Shown here: positions 49,870 to 62,489 of the stretch, one piece after another | Layout of the letters: the number at the start of each line of letters is the position of its first letter | How positions within the stretch are numbered: the stretch's first letter is position 1 | Assembly (NCBI RefSeq): GCF_036365525.1 | Contig: NC_090399.1 | Location: 13,453,558 to 13,517,557 of the forward strand | DNA from: Heterodontus francisci | Taxonomy: Eukaryota | Length of the DNA: 64,000 nt | Reading direction: 5' to 3' | Program-made: the position numbers and the translations under genes | Notes under the pieces: generated by a model | Told to the model about the DNA's origin: nothing | Databases searched by the model: none | The model's input: only the letters and a program-made list of their open reading frames with translations

Positions 49870-51322
49870 TAAAGCCTGGCTACCCAACCCGAACCCGTCG
49901 AGACCCGACTACATGTCGGGTTCGGGTCGGGTCGATATTCCGAGTCCAGCATTCATACGAACATATGAATTAGGAACAGGAGTAGGCCACTTGACCCCTC
50001 GAGCCTGCTCCGCTATTTAATAAGCTCATGGCTGAACTGATTACTCCACATTTCCACCTACCCCCGATAACCTTCCACCCCCTTGCTTATCAAGAATCTA
50101 TCTATCTCTCCCTTAAAAATATTCAAAGACTCTACTTCCATCACCTATTGAGGAAGAGAATTCCAAAGACTCGTACCCTCTGAGAGAAAATATTTCTCCT
50201 CATCTCTGTCTTAAATGGGCGACCCCTTATTTTTAAACAGTGACCCGTGGTTCAAGATTCTCCACAAGGAGAAACATCCTTTCCAAATCCACCCTGTGAA
50301 AACCCCTCAGGATTTTATATGTTTCAATCAAGTCCAATCAATTCCAGCAGATACAAGACAAACCTGTCCAATCTTTCCTCATAAGACAGCCGACCCATTC
50401 CAGGTATTAGTCTAGTAAACCTTCTCTGTACTTCCTCCAACACACTTACATCCTTCCTTAAATAAGGAGACCAGTACTGTACACTGTACTCCAGATGTGG
50501 TCTTGCCAATGCCCTTTATAGCTGAAGCATAACCTCCCTACTTTTGTATTCAATTCCCCGCGCAATAAACGATAACATTCTACTAGCTTTCCGAATTACT
50601 TGCTATACCTGTATGCTAACCTTTTGCGATTCATGCACTAGGACACCCAGATCCCTCTGCATCTCAGAGCTCTGCAATCAAGAGAATATGCTTCTTTTTT
50701 GTTCTTCCTGCCAAAGTGGACAATTTCCCACTTCCCCGCATTATGCTCCATTTGCCAGGTCTTTGCCCACTCACTTAACCTATCTATATCCCTTTGTAGC
50801 CTCCTTATGTCCTCTTCACAAGTTACTTTCCTACCTATCTTTGCGTCATCAGCAAATTTAGCAACCATACCTTCAGTCCCTTCTTCTAAGTCATTTATAT
50901 AAATTGTAAAAAGTTGAAGCCCCAGAACAGATCCCTGTAGTACACCACTCGTTACATCTTGCCAACCAGAAAATGACCCATTTATGCCTACTCTCTGTTT
51001 CCTGTTGGCTAGCCAATCTTCTCTCCATGCCATCGGGCTTGGGTCGGGTCTGGTCTATATTCCGAGTCCAGCATTCTGGCTCGGGTGGGATCAGGCTGGA
51101 CGGTGCTGCTTCCGGGAAGTCACGGGATCAGGCTTATCAATGATTCCCCACAACTCCATCTGCAGGAATAGCCCGCTGCCAGAATGGATGAACGATATTC
51201 GCGTTGGGTCGGGTCGGGAGTGAAAAAAGAATTCAAGGACTTGGGCCCGGGTGGGGTTCAGGTTGGCTGTGGTCTCGTTGGGCCCGGGTCGGGTTTTAAT
51301 TTTACACCCGAGCCAGGCTTTA
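49870..51322. mobile_element. hAT-like MITE (same family as 21004-21349) interrupted by a minus-strand CR1 (49957-51030)
   Basis: TIR TAAAGCCTGGCT ... AGCCAGGCTTTA; internal CR1 peptide WLANRKQRVGINGSFSGWQDVTSGVLQGSVLG...KFADDAK. Confidence 0.75.
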
Positions 51323-52304
51323 GTCAACGGCCTTTATTTTTTGTGTAAGTACTTGTAAGGGGCAATAGTCGGAAGGATAAGGGGAAATTACCTTTCTAAG
51401 GAAAAGGGTGAATACATGGAGAGGAAGAGCGACTATTCTTTGTTTTCATCCCTATGATTTCAAAACGATCAGGGTGCAATCACATTACGCATTCCTTTCA
51501 AAATGTTAAATTCAATCAAAACAATTGTATTGATCCACTTTTATTTCATAGCTCAGGACTTGTTTGAATCCGTAAAGATGTAAAACCCGTGGAAATTCGA
51601 AGTGCTAGATCTAATCCATCAATCGTTAAGCTCCCCTCCCCCAAATTTTGACTGGCTAAAGGTGTGGATTTTTACAGAAATAGCCCATTCTGCCCAATCG
51701 GTCAATGCCAGTGTTTATGCTCCGCACAAGCCTCCGCCTATTCCATTTACTTCATCTCAGCCCATCAACATATCCTATTCCGGTTCCCCTCGTGTACTTA
51801 TCTAACGTCACCTTGAAGCCTCAAAGTTTGCCCAAAGTTACTTATTGCCGACTAAAACAAAAGCAAAATACTGCAGATGCTGAAAATCTGAAATAAAAAC
51901 AGAAAGTGCTGGAAATACTCAGCAGGTCTGGCAGCATCTGTGGAGAGAGAAGCAGGGTTAACGTTTCAGGTCAGTGACCCTGCTCAGTTTTGCCTTAACC
52001 CCTCCAAGGGAGTTGGGAGGACAGCAGAAGCGGATATGTGATGCCCGATGCCCCCCCCCCCAATTGAGCCAAATCAACGAGTACAGACGGGCATATAATT
52101 TAGTTTATCTGACAGAATAAGTCATTGCAAATTAACTGATAACATCAAACCGGCTATTCGGCCATGGGGGGAGGGGGAGGGTGATGGCGGGATTGCTACA
52201 TCTCGGCTCTGGAAGTCAAAAGCCCATCTGAAGAGTCCCACCAGCTCAATGTGCAAGTGCCCTCGGAGAAGCTTGTGGCTAGCCCGCCTTGGATGTCGGT
52301 GGGT

Positions 52305-52320
52305 GGCTCTGAAAAGAGCC
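52305..52320 (-). terminator. Histone 3' stem-loop of H2B variant 1
   Basis: AAAAAA-GGCTCTTTTCAGAGCC-ACCCA on the minus strand. Confidence 0.95.
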
Positions 52321-52365
52321 TTTTTTTGAGTTGAACGTCTCGGCGCGGTTCAGCGACCGCGAGTC

Positions 52366-52722
52366 CTATTTGCAGCTGGTGTACTTGGTGACCGCCTTTG
52401 TGCCCTCGGAGATGGCGTGCTTGGCCAGCTCCCCCGGCAGCAGGAGGCGGACGGCGGTCTGGATCTCCCTGGAGCAGAGGGTCTGCTTTTTGCCATAGTG
52501 GACTAGGCGGGAGGCCTCGCAGACGATGCAGTCCAAGATGTCGCTGACGAACGAGTTGAGGACGCTCATGGCCACGGCAGAGATGCTGCTGCCGGGGTGG
52601 ACCTGCTTCAGCACCCTGTGGATGTAGATGCTGAAACTCTCCTTCCGTACCCGCCTGCGCTTCCTCTCGCCTTTGGCCCGCTTCTGGGGCACCACTTTCT
52701 TTGGCCCCTTCTTGGGGGCCAT
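52366..52722 (-). CDS. H2B: Histone H2B, highly divergent variant (118 aa, 4 Cys)
   Basis: MAPKKGPKK...[18 protein letters not shown]...[34 protein letters not shown]; intronless, with 3' stem-loop. Confidence 0.93.
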   Translation of the reverse strand: MAPKKGPKKVVPQKRAKGERKRRRVRKESFSIYIHRVLKQVHPGSSISAVAMSVLNSFVSDILDCIVCEASRLVHYGKKQTLCSREIQTAVRLLLPGELAKHAISEGTKAVTKYTSCK

Positions 52723-52794
52723 GCCCTCGGACCCTGGCGCAGCTCTTGGCGGTGGGACCAGCAACTCGACCCCGAAGGCAGAAAAACCCCTGGG

Positions 52795-52932
52795 CGCGTT
52801 ATTTAACAGCTAGGGGTACGCAAATGAGGAATCGGAAACTGTCACTTTCCTATTGGTGGACCTGTGAAGAGTCCATCGTGATTTGCGAACAAGGGATGTG
52901 AATTGACCAATCAGGAACCGCTAACTATATGG
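52795..52932. promoter_or_regulatory. H2B-type (bidirectional-looking) histone promoter
   Basis: Minus strand: CCAAT (~52852), octamer variant ATTTGCGT (~52819-52826), TTAAATAA (~52799). Plus strand: CCAATC (~52907) and CTATAT (~52925). Confidence 0.6.
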
Positions 52933-53569
52933 TTGCCGCTTCCAGTCGTTAGCCTGCCCTGACTGTCGAAGCGGATCTCCCGCTGGATTTCAGGGAGGGC
53001 GCACACTCGAGAGAAAAAAAGCATTCAATACGTTCAGTATCGGTAGGGTGACCCCGGGGGAGGGCTGGGAATCCCGTAAGGCACTTGGCCAGGAGAGCGA
53101 TTGGAAGTTGTCCTGAATCTATAGGGCATGCGAGCTGTGTGCCCCACCACAGGGAGTCAGAGAGGGGTAAATGTCTGGGCACAAAACATTGCTTTCGTGC
53201 AGCGCGGCTAAAGGTGCAAGGAAGCCCGCCCAATTTTCCAGTCAATTAAGGTACACGTCGCGCATGACTTATCTGCTACAGATCATTCAGCTGGATGTTA
53301 GGCACCCTGAAAGCTGCCACCGCTCATTTCTGCTATAAAACCCTTCTTAAAACCTACCTCTTACTATCCGAATATCTCCTTAGGTGGCTCGGCGTCAAAT
53401 TGGGTCTGATTACATTCCTGTGAAGTTCTTTGGGACGTCCAAGGCGCTATATAAATGCAACTTCTTGTTGGAATACCAAGACTAGCCAGATGGATTTTGG
53501 AAACCTGGGATTATCGCTTGCTCCACGCTATCGGGACATCATCCACGATTCAAGCCTGCAATCGAATAT

Positions 53570-54205
53570 ATAGAGGTCTCCTCTACATTGGAGAGACCAA
53601 ACGCAGATTGAGTGACTGCTTTGCGGAACACCTCTGCTCAGTCGGAAAACATGACCCCGAGCTTGCTATTTCAACACAGACTCCTGCTGTCGTGCCAACA
53701 TATCTGTCCGTGGCTTGCTGCAGTATTCCAGTGAACATCAACACAAGCTCGAGGAGCAGCATCTGATCTTTCAATTCGGCACGCTACAGCCTGCCGGACC
53801 GAACACTGAGTTCAATAATTTCAGAGCATGACTGGCCTTTTTTACATTATTCTTTTTTATTATTTTATTTGTAAACAACGCCTGTTTTTCGTGTAGACAG
53901 AGCTGCTCATTATTCTGCCATTAACACTCTCTCTGAACTAATGCTTTGTCTTTCACAAGCATTAACACACGCTTTGCCTTTGTCCCTGGACAGCTTTGTT
54001 ATTTAATCTCTCCTGCCCTCTGCCCCATCACACACCCACCCTATTGTTCTCTACCCCAAACCCCCTTCGCTTGCTTAAGACCTAATTCTTTTCTAACCTT
54101 TGCCAGTGCTGCTGAAAGGTCACAGACCTGAAACGTTAACTCTGCTTGTCTCTCCACAGATGCTGCCTGACCCGCTCAGTATTTCCAGCACTTTCTGTTT
54201 CTATC
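53570..54205 (+). mobile_element. Penelope-like element 3' fragment (GIY-YIG remnant)
   Basis: GLLYIGETKRRLSDCFAEHL peptide; tail 'tctccacagatgctgcctgacccgctcagtatttccagcac'. Short related copies at 51855-51985 and 55330-55420. Confidence 0.75.
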
Positions 54206-54741
54206 GCAGCAGATTCTTAATGCCCAACCATTTCAATTAAACATTCAAAGCTCACCTCAGCACAAGCATTCCTGAATGCATGTTTCCAACGAACTGAGGC
54301 ACGGAATCATGCACACCTTTACACTCTCCCCACTCGAACCAGCAAACGTGCCAACGCCATCCATTTCCTGCTAGATATCCACCCCGGTTGAGTGTTTTCT
54401 GTGCACAAAATCAAAGTGATTCCAATAATAGATGCATTGGAAGCAAGACTTGAGTTGTCTCCAACTACCCAATGTACCATTTCCTTGGGCCTTGAGTGCT
54501 AACTTGAATAGGTGACAATCTCCCTTCTGCTGGGTCACACTATTGCTCTATAACTATCATCTATTGTTGTGACTGCTTGAAACTACCCTCTAGCTCAATA
54601 ACTGGATAAGGATTAATTGTTCCGACTAGTGAAATGTTCAATGTCAAGTCGAGTCTTGATGATCTGTAATTTCGCAGTCATTATTACCGGTTTTTATACG
54701 TGCAAACCCTCTTATCCAGCCCTCTTGCTGATTGAATGAGT

Positions 54742-54757
54742 GGCTCTTAAAAGAGCC
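54742..54757 (-). terminator. Histone 3' stem-loop of H4, with purine-rich downstream element
   Basis: GGCTCTTTTAAGAGCC-ACTCA followed by ...CAAGAGG on the minus strand. Confidence 0.95.
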
Positions 54758-54820
54758 TTTTTTGTTGTTGTTTAAACTATCCTAATTCTTGTTCATTTCC
54801 CCACCCCCCCGCCCCGCCCC

Positions 54821-55237
<417 letters not shown>

Positions 55238-55604
55238 CTATAAATGGGTGGAGTCAGGATGAAAATGACACATCCTCGCTTATTTTCAAGCAGCCGGTAT
55301 TGAACCGCATCCAGGGAGGGAATTACACAAAGACAAAAACAAAATGCTGAAATCTGAAATAGAAACAGCAAATGCTGCAACATGCTCAGCAGTGTCAGGC
55401 AGCATCTGCGCAGGGAGAAATTGAGTTGATCTAGTCGATTTAGTCGATTTGTTATGGACACAGTTTTGCCTCCTTGAGCTGTGCTCTATTGAAGCCCCTC
55501 CAGTTTTGTTATGTTTCAGAGTCTGTTTCGGTCCTTCCAGCAAGCAATTTCATTGTGCCACTGCTTTTTTCTTCTTCCGTGTTTGCCTTTTTTTGGGGAT
55601 TTGT

Positions 55605-58600
55605 TCAGGGGGAGGGTGAGCAGCCAGAGATCATGGGACACATCGGTACCGACGCCATAGGTAGAAAAAGGGATGCGGCCCTGCAACAAGAATTTAGGGA
55701 GCTAGGTAGCCGATTAAAAAGCAGGACCTCTAAGGTTGTAATCTCTGGATTATTCCCGGTGCCACGTGCTAGTGAGTATTAGAATAGGAGGATAGAGCAG
55801 ATAAATTCATGGCTGAGCAGATGGTGCAAGAGAGAGGGCTTTAGTTTCCTGAATCACTGGGTCTGATTCTGCCAAAGGTGGGACCTGTACAAGTTGGACG
55901 GGTTGCACCTGAACCGGAATGGCATGAGCATCCTTGCTGGGAGATTTCCTCGTTCCCTGGGGGGGTTAAACTAATTTGGCAGGGGTATGGGATACAGAGT
56001 GGAGGTACAGTAGTGAGAACAGAAAGTGAGTCTGCCTGGAAGGCAGAGCGAATATAGACCTGGTAAGGCACAAGGGAAAAATGCAAGGTTGGATTGCATC
56101 TATTTCAACACAAGGAGTCTAACTAGTAAGAATTGAGGTCGTTGTTTAGCACATGGGATTATGATATTATTGCTATCACAGAGACATGGTTGAGGGAGGG
56201 ACAGGACTGGCAGCTCAATATTCCAGGATATAGAATCTTCAGGCGCGACAGGTGAGGGGATAAAAGAGGAGGTGGCATTGCACTGTTGATCAAGGAGTCA
56301 ATTACTGCAGTGAGGAGGGATGACATCTTAGAAGGTTCCTCAAATGAGGCTATTTGGGTTGAACCTGAAAACAAAAAGGGGGCAATCACTTGACTGGCAG
56401 TGTACTACAGACCTCCAAACAGTCAGGAAGACATAGAGGAACAGATATGTAGGCAAATCTCTGATAGGTGTAAAAATAATAGGGTAATAACAGTAGGGTA
56501 TTTCAACGTCCCCAATATTAACTGGATAGTCTTAGCGCAAAAGGCTTAAAAGGGGTGGAATTCTTAAAATGCATACAGGAGAGCTTTTTGAGCCAGTATG
56601 TAGGAAGTCCTACAAGAGAAGGGGCAGTACTGGATCTAATCCTAGGGAATGAAGCCAGTCAAGTGGTAGAAGTGTCAGTGGGGGAGCATTTCGGGGATAG
56701 TAACCATAACTCTGTAAGATTTAGGTAGTTATAGAAAAGGACAAAGATCGAGCGGAAATAAAGGTACTGAATTAGGGGAAGGCTGATTTCAATATGATAA
56801 AACAGAATCTGGCCAAAATGGACTGGGAGCAGCTACTTGTAGAAAAGTCTACAGCGCATCAGTGGGAGTCATTCAGAGAGGAAATTGTGAGAGTTCAGAG
56901 CCAACATGTACCCGTTAAGAAGAAGAGTAGGACCAACAAGTCCAGGGAACCCTGGATGTCAAGGGATATAGAGGACTGGATCAGGAAAAAAAAGGAGGCT
57001 TATGGCAGATTCAGAGTGCTGCAAACAGCGGAGGCACTAAAGGAGAATATAAAGTGTAGGGTGACACTTTAAAAAGTAATTAGGAGAGTGAAGAGGGGAC
57101 ATGAAAAAACACTGGCGGGCAAGATAAAGGAAAATCCCAAGGCGTTTTATAAGTATATTAAGAGTTAGAGGATAACCAGGGAAAGAGTAGAGCCCATTAG
57201 GGACCAACATGGCAACCTTTGTGTGGAGCCAGAGGACATAGGTGAGGTTTTAAATTATTGCTTTTCATCTGCATTCATGATGGAGAAGGACGATGTAGGT
57301 GTAGAGATCAGGGAGGGGATTGTGATATACTTGAACATATTAACATTGAAAGGGAGGAAATATTCGCTGTTGTAGCGGGCTTAAAAGTAGATAAATCCTC
57401 CAGCCCAGATGAGATGTATCCCAGGCTGTTATGTGAGGCAATGGAGGAGATAGCAGGGGCTTTGACACAAATTTTCAAATCCTCTCTAGCCACAGGAGAG
57501 GTACCAGAGGACTGGAAGACAGCAAATGTGGTACCATTATTCAAGAAGGGTAGTAGGGATAAACCAGGCAATTACAGGCCGGTGAGTCTAACATCAGTGG
57601 TAGGAAAAATATTGGAAAAAATTCTGAGGGACGGGATTAATCTCCACTTGGAGGGGCAGGGATTAATCAGGGATAGTCAGCATGGCTTTGTCAGGGGGAG
57701 ATGGTGTCTAACTAACTTGATTGAATTTTTTGAGGAGGTAACTAGATGTGTCGATGAGGGTAAAGCAGTAGATGTAGTATACATGGATTTCAGTAAGGCT
57801 TTTGATAAGGTCCCGCATGGGAGATTGGGTAAGAAGGTAAGAGCCCATGGGATCCAGGGCAATTTGGCAAATTGGATCCAAAATTGGCTTAGTGGCAGGA
57901 GGCAGAGGGTGATGGTCGAGGGCTGTTTTTGTGATTGGAAGCCTGTGACCAGTGGCGTACCACAGGGATCGGTGCTGGGACCTTTGCTGTTTGTAGTGTA
58001 CATTAATGATTTAGACGTGAATATAGGAGGTATAATCAGTAAGTTCGCAGATGACATGAAAATTGGTGGTGTTGTAAATCGTGAGGAGAAAATCCTTAGA
58101 TTACATGGAGATATAGATGGGCTGGTAAGATGGGCGGAGCTGTGGCAAATGGAATTTAATCCTGAAAAGTGTGAGGTAATGCATTTTGGGAGGACTAACA
58201 AGGCAAGGGAATACACAGTGGATGGTAGGACACTAGGAAGTACAGAAAGTCAGAAGGACCTTGGTGTACTTGTCCATAGATCACTGAAGGCAGCAGCACA
58301 GGTAGATAAGGTGGTTAGGAAGGCATATGGGATACTTGCCTTTATTAGCCGAGGCATAGAATATAAGAGCAGGGAGGTTATGATGGAACTGTATAACACT
58401 CTAGTTAGGCCACAGCTGGAGTACTGTGTACAGTTCTGGGCACCACACTATAGGAAGGATGTGATTGCACTGGAGAGGGTGCAGAGGAGATTCATCAGGA
58501 TGTTGCCTGGGCTGGAGCATTTCAGCTATGAAGAGAGACTTAAAAGGCTAGGGTTGTTTTCCTTAGAGCAGAGAAGGCTGAGAGGGGACATGATTGAGGT

Positions 58601-58953
58601 GTACAAAATTATGAGGGGCATTGTTGGGTTAGATAGGAAGAAACTTTTTCTCTTAGCGGAGGGGTCAAGAACCAGGGGACATAGACTTAGGGTAAGGGGC
58701 AGGAGGTTTAGGGGGGATTTGAGGAAGCATTTTATCACCCAGAGGGTGGTTGGAATCTGGAACGCACTGCCTGAAGAGGCGGTGGAGGTAGGAACCCTCA
58801 CAACATTTAAGAAGTATTTAGATGAGCACTTGAAATGCCATAGCATACAAGGCTACGGGCCAAGTGCAGGAATAGGGGATTAAAATAGTTGGCTGGCACA
58901 AACACGATGGGCCGAAGGGCCTGTTTCTGTGCTGTATAACTCTATGACTCTAT
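55605..58953 (+). mobile_element. CR1 LINE, ORF1 esterase remnant plus near-complete ORF2
   Basis: ORF1 HIGTDAIGRKRD...KVVISGLFPVPRA; broken APE; 541-aa open RT region; CTCTATGA tail. Confidence 0.95.
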
Positions 58954-59689
58954 GGGGTGTGGCTGTTGCTGGATGGGCCAGCATTTGTTGCCCATCCCTA
59001 ATTGCCCTCGAGAAGGGGGTGGTGAGCAGCTTTCTTGAAACGCTGCAGTCCATGTGGTGTAGGTACACCCACAGTGCTATTAGGGAGGGATTTTGAACCA
59101 GGAACAGTGAAGGAAAAGTGATATAGTTCCAAGTCAGGATGGGGAGATGCTTTCAGTTCACCTGGCTTTTCACAAGATACAGGGATGGTGGAATGAAGGG
59201 TAGGTTGGGGGTTGAGTTGCTGGAGGGAGAATGCCTTCAGTTAGATGCAGCCTGGATGAATGCAGCCTCGACACCTCTTTCATAGACCCAGTTAAATGTT
59301 GTAATTGCGGACTAAGAAAAAAAGCTTTAATATAACGGCTGGCAACTGGCTACTCTCTGTTTCTCCTCCTAACCCTCATATTTGAGCAACTGCCAGCAAT
59401 AAATGATATTCCAATTGTGATCTGAGCTAAAACCTCTGCTTTTGAAAGTAGTTCCAGGGATTTCAGAATGCAAGAGCCACTGTATGTGTATTAGGGCCAC
59501 TGTATGTGCATTGTTCACCAGTAACTTTACCATCCAAAAAATTAATCAGAAGAGCAAATAACAAAATAAAGATTCACTTGTCAATATACAGACAAAACTA
59601 TTAAGAATCATCCCCAAAAGAAATGTTACTCCATGTTTCTATATTTCCACTTGCATATGATTACATGACAAAATGAAAGGCACAATTCA

Positions 59690-60911
59690 GCATAGCAGTG
59701 CCTCATCAGACCCCTTTCCTATCCTGAGTGGCGTGAAACAGGGCTGTGTTCTCACACCTACACAGTTTGGGATCTTCTTCTCTCTGCTGCCCTCAACATG
59801 CGTTCAAGTCTTTAGAAGAAGGAATTTTCTTCCACACAAGATCAGGTGACAGGTTGTTCAACCTTGCCCGTCTAAGAGCGAAGACCAAAGTACGGAAAGT
59901 CCTCATCAGGGAACTCCTCTTTGCTGACGTTGCTGCATTAACATCTCACACTGAAGAGTGTCTGCAGAGACTCATCGACAGGATTGCGGCTGCCTGCAAC
60001 GAATTTGGCCTAACCATCAGCCTCAAGAAAATGAACATCATGGGACAGGACATCAGAAATGCTCCATCCATCAATATCGGCGACCACGCTCTGGAAATGG
60101 TTCAAGAGTTCACCTACCTAGGCTCAGTTATCACCAGTAACCTGTCTCTCGATGCAGAAATCAACAAGCGCATGGGAAATGCTTCCACTGCCATGTCCAG
60201 ACTGGCCAAGAGAGTGTGAGAAAATGGCGCACTGACACGGAACACAAAAGTCCGAGTGTATCCAGACTGTGTCCTCTGTACCTTGCTCTACGGCAGCGAG
60301 GCTTGGACAACGTATGTCAGCCAAGAGCGACGCCTCAATTCATTCCATCTTCGCTGCCTCCGGAGAATCCTTGGCATCAGGTGGCAGGACCGTATCTCCA
60401 ACACAGAAGTCCTTGAGGCGGCCAACATCCCCAGCATTACACCCTACTGAGTCAGCAGCGTTTGAGATGGCTTGGCCATGTGAGCCACATGGAAGATGGC
60501 AGGATCCCCAAGGACACATTGTACAGCGAGCTCGTCACTGGTATCAGACCCACCAGCCGTCCATGTCTCCGCTTTAAAGACGCCTGCAAACGCGACATGA
60601 AGTCCTGTGACATTGATCACAAGTCATGGGAGTCAGTTGCCAGTGATCGCCAGAGCTGGTGGGCAGCCATAAAGGCGGGGCTGAAGAGTGGCGAGTCGAA
60701 GAGACTTAGCTGTTGGCAGGAAAAAGACAGAAGCGCAAGGGGAGAGCCAACTGTGTAACAGCTCCGACAACCAACTTTATCTGCAGCACCTATCGAAGAG
60801 TCTGTTAGTCTAGAATTGGCCTTTATAGCCACTCCAGGCGTTGCTTCACAAACCACTGACCACTTCCAGGCGCTTACCCATTGTCTCTCGAGCCAAGGAG
60901 GCCAAAGAAGA
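59690..60911 (+). mobile_element. RTE-clade LINE 3' portion
   Basis: IRELLFAD(V)AAL, EFTYLGS, LDAEINKRMG, LYGSEAWT, RWLGHVSHMEDGRIPK. Confidence 0.9.
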
Positions 60912-61349
60912 CACCTTCAAAAATACTTGGAAACGTCTTGAAAGGCGATATAAAATTGCAAGACTTTTCGAAAAAATATTGGCCTACTTCAGTTCAAGAA
61001 GGTGAGTGTCAATTGGATTGAAAGTTTAGTTTGCATTAGTGCGTATCATGGATGCAAGCGTCCAGGGAGTGAGGGGTGATGGTGGGATTTAAGATTTGAA
61101 ATATGCAAGCAAACGGGACGTTTACATTATTCTATATATTTTGCAGTCACAGCGAGGAAGCTGCAAAGCGCCCCTTCCCTGGGAGCACGCGCCGGCTCTG
61201 CCCGTGGGAGGACTCGCCTCTAAAACGTCCGCCTTGAGCTTTGAAAAGGCGCCGCCGCCGCCGCCCGCTCGGCAGCTTCGGTCCCCGCGGCGAGGAGGGC
61301 GGAGCAGCCGCTGGGGAAGAGAAGGCAAGGCGCCGCCGGCAGCAACCAA

Positions 61350-62000
61350 ATGGCTTCGGGTGATCTGGCCGAAGGCCCCACCCGAGGCAGGAAGCCGAGG
61401 AAGCGGAGGGTCCCGCCCAAGCTGCGGCAGGTGGGCGCGCCCACCATGGCCGGGCACATCCTGGAAGCGGTGTCGTCTTCCCGGGAGCGTCGCGGCCTGT
61501 CGCTGGCCGGCGTCAAGAAGGCGCTGTCGGCCGCCGGCTACGACGTGCCGCGGATCAACTCGCGGGTGAACCAGGCGGTCCGGAACCTGGTGAACGAAGG
61601 CTCGCTGCTGCAAACGGCGGGCACCGGGGCCTCGGGCTCCTTCAAGATCAACCGGCAGCGCCAGGACATTCAGAGCCGCCCGGCCCTCACTGCCACCGCC
61701 CCCCGGGGCGGGCAGCAGAGGGCGGCCGCCAGCGGCGGCACCGCTAAGAGGGAGAAGAAGAGGATCCCCGCCGAGAAGAACAAGCCGGTCAGGCGGAAGA
61801 AGAACGGCACCGCCGGCGGCCGGCGAAAGGCCGCGAAGGGAACCGGCGGCAGGACCGGTCCCCGGAGGGGGGTCGGGCGGCCCAGGAAAGCAGCCAGGGA
61901 GCCGGCGCCAGACGCCGGTCCGCCCGGTGGGCAGGAGGCCGAGCAACAGCCGGGAGGGGAAAGCAGTTCCGAGGGCACCGTCCAAGGCGGGAAACCCTGA
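61350..62000 (+). CDS. H1: Linker histone H1, arginine-rich divergent variant (216 aa)
   Basis: Winged-helix core PTMAGHILEAVSSSRERRGLSLAGVKKALSAAGYDV...SRVNQAVRNLVNEGSLLQTAGTGASGSFKIN; intronless, with 3' stem-loop. Confidence 0.92.
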   Translation: MASGDLAEGPTRGRKPRKRRVPPKLRQVGAPTMAGHILEAVSSSRERRGLSLAGVKKALSAAGYDVPRINSRVNQAVRNLVNEGSLLQTAGTGASGSFKINRQRQDIQSRPALTATAPRGGQQRAAASGGTAKREKKRIPAEKNKPVRRKKNGTAGGRRKAAKGTGGRTGPRRGVGRPRKAAREPAPDAGPPGGQEAEQQPGGESSSEGTVQGGKP

Positions 62001-62042
62001 GGGCGGAATCCGAGTGTGAAATATATCAAAGTGAACAAAAAA

Positions 62043-62058
62043 GGCTCTTTTCAGAGCC
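62043..62058 (+). terminator. Histone 3' stem-loop of H1, with HDE
   Basis: GGCTCTTTTCAGAGCC-ACCAC, then AAAAGAG at ~62072. Confidence 0.95.
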
Positions 62059-62489
62059 ACCACCACCTTCAAAAAGAGAAATCAATATAAATAAACTTTA
62101 GTGCTGTTGCAAAAGGGGACAAATATTATTATTGGCTGAAATGCTACTTTAGAGTCACCGCACCCTTAAAATGATGCACTAAATGTCAGCTTCAGAATAA
62201 TTGTTGCTTCAGTTCCAACTTTATTGATTGACATTTTGAAGATTAACTCGAGAATTTTGACAGCAAAGCATCTTCACCCTTGAGCATTTTGGACCTTTGG
62301 AACAGGCTGCCGGCATCGAGAAACGGTCTGCATGTTGAAATTAGTCAGAGAATGAAATAATGGCAAAAATAGTCCGCAGTTATTGAAGTTGTCTGCAGCT
62401 ATGAGTTGGAATTTCGTCGGAGTTCATGCTCCCCATAAATGCATCCTGCCCCCTTCTTTTACCTCACTCTCACTTTTACTGCGGCGAGT

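Noticed and set aside
52723-52764. N-terminal extensions of the histone ORFs in the track (also 55133-55168 and 63257-63298)
   Set aside because: They lie in promoter/5' UTR sequence; the downstream ATGs give histone-typical starts and lengths.
61122-62072. 316-aa antisense ORF and other overlapping ORFs on H1; likewise antisense ORFs over H2B and SAPCD exon 1
   Set aside because: GC-rich shadow ORFs of real genes with no recognisable domains.
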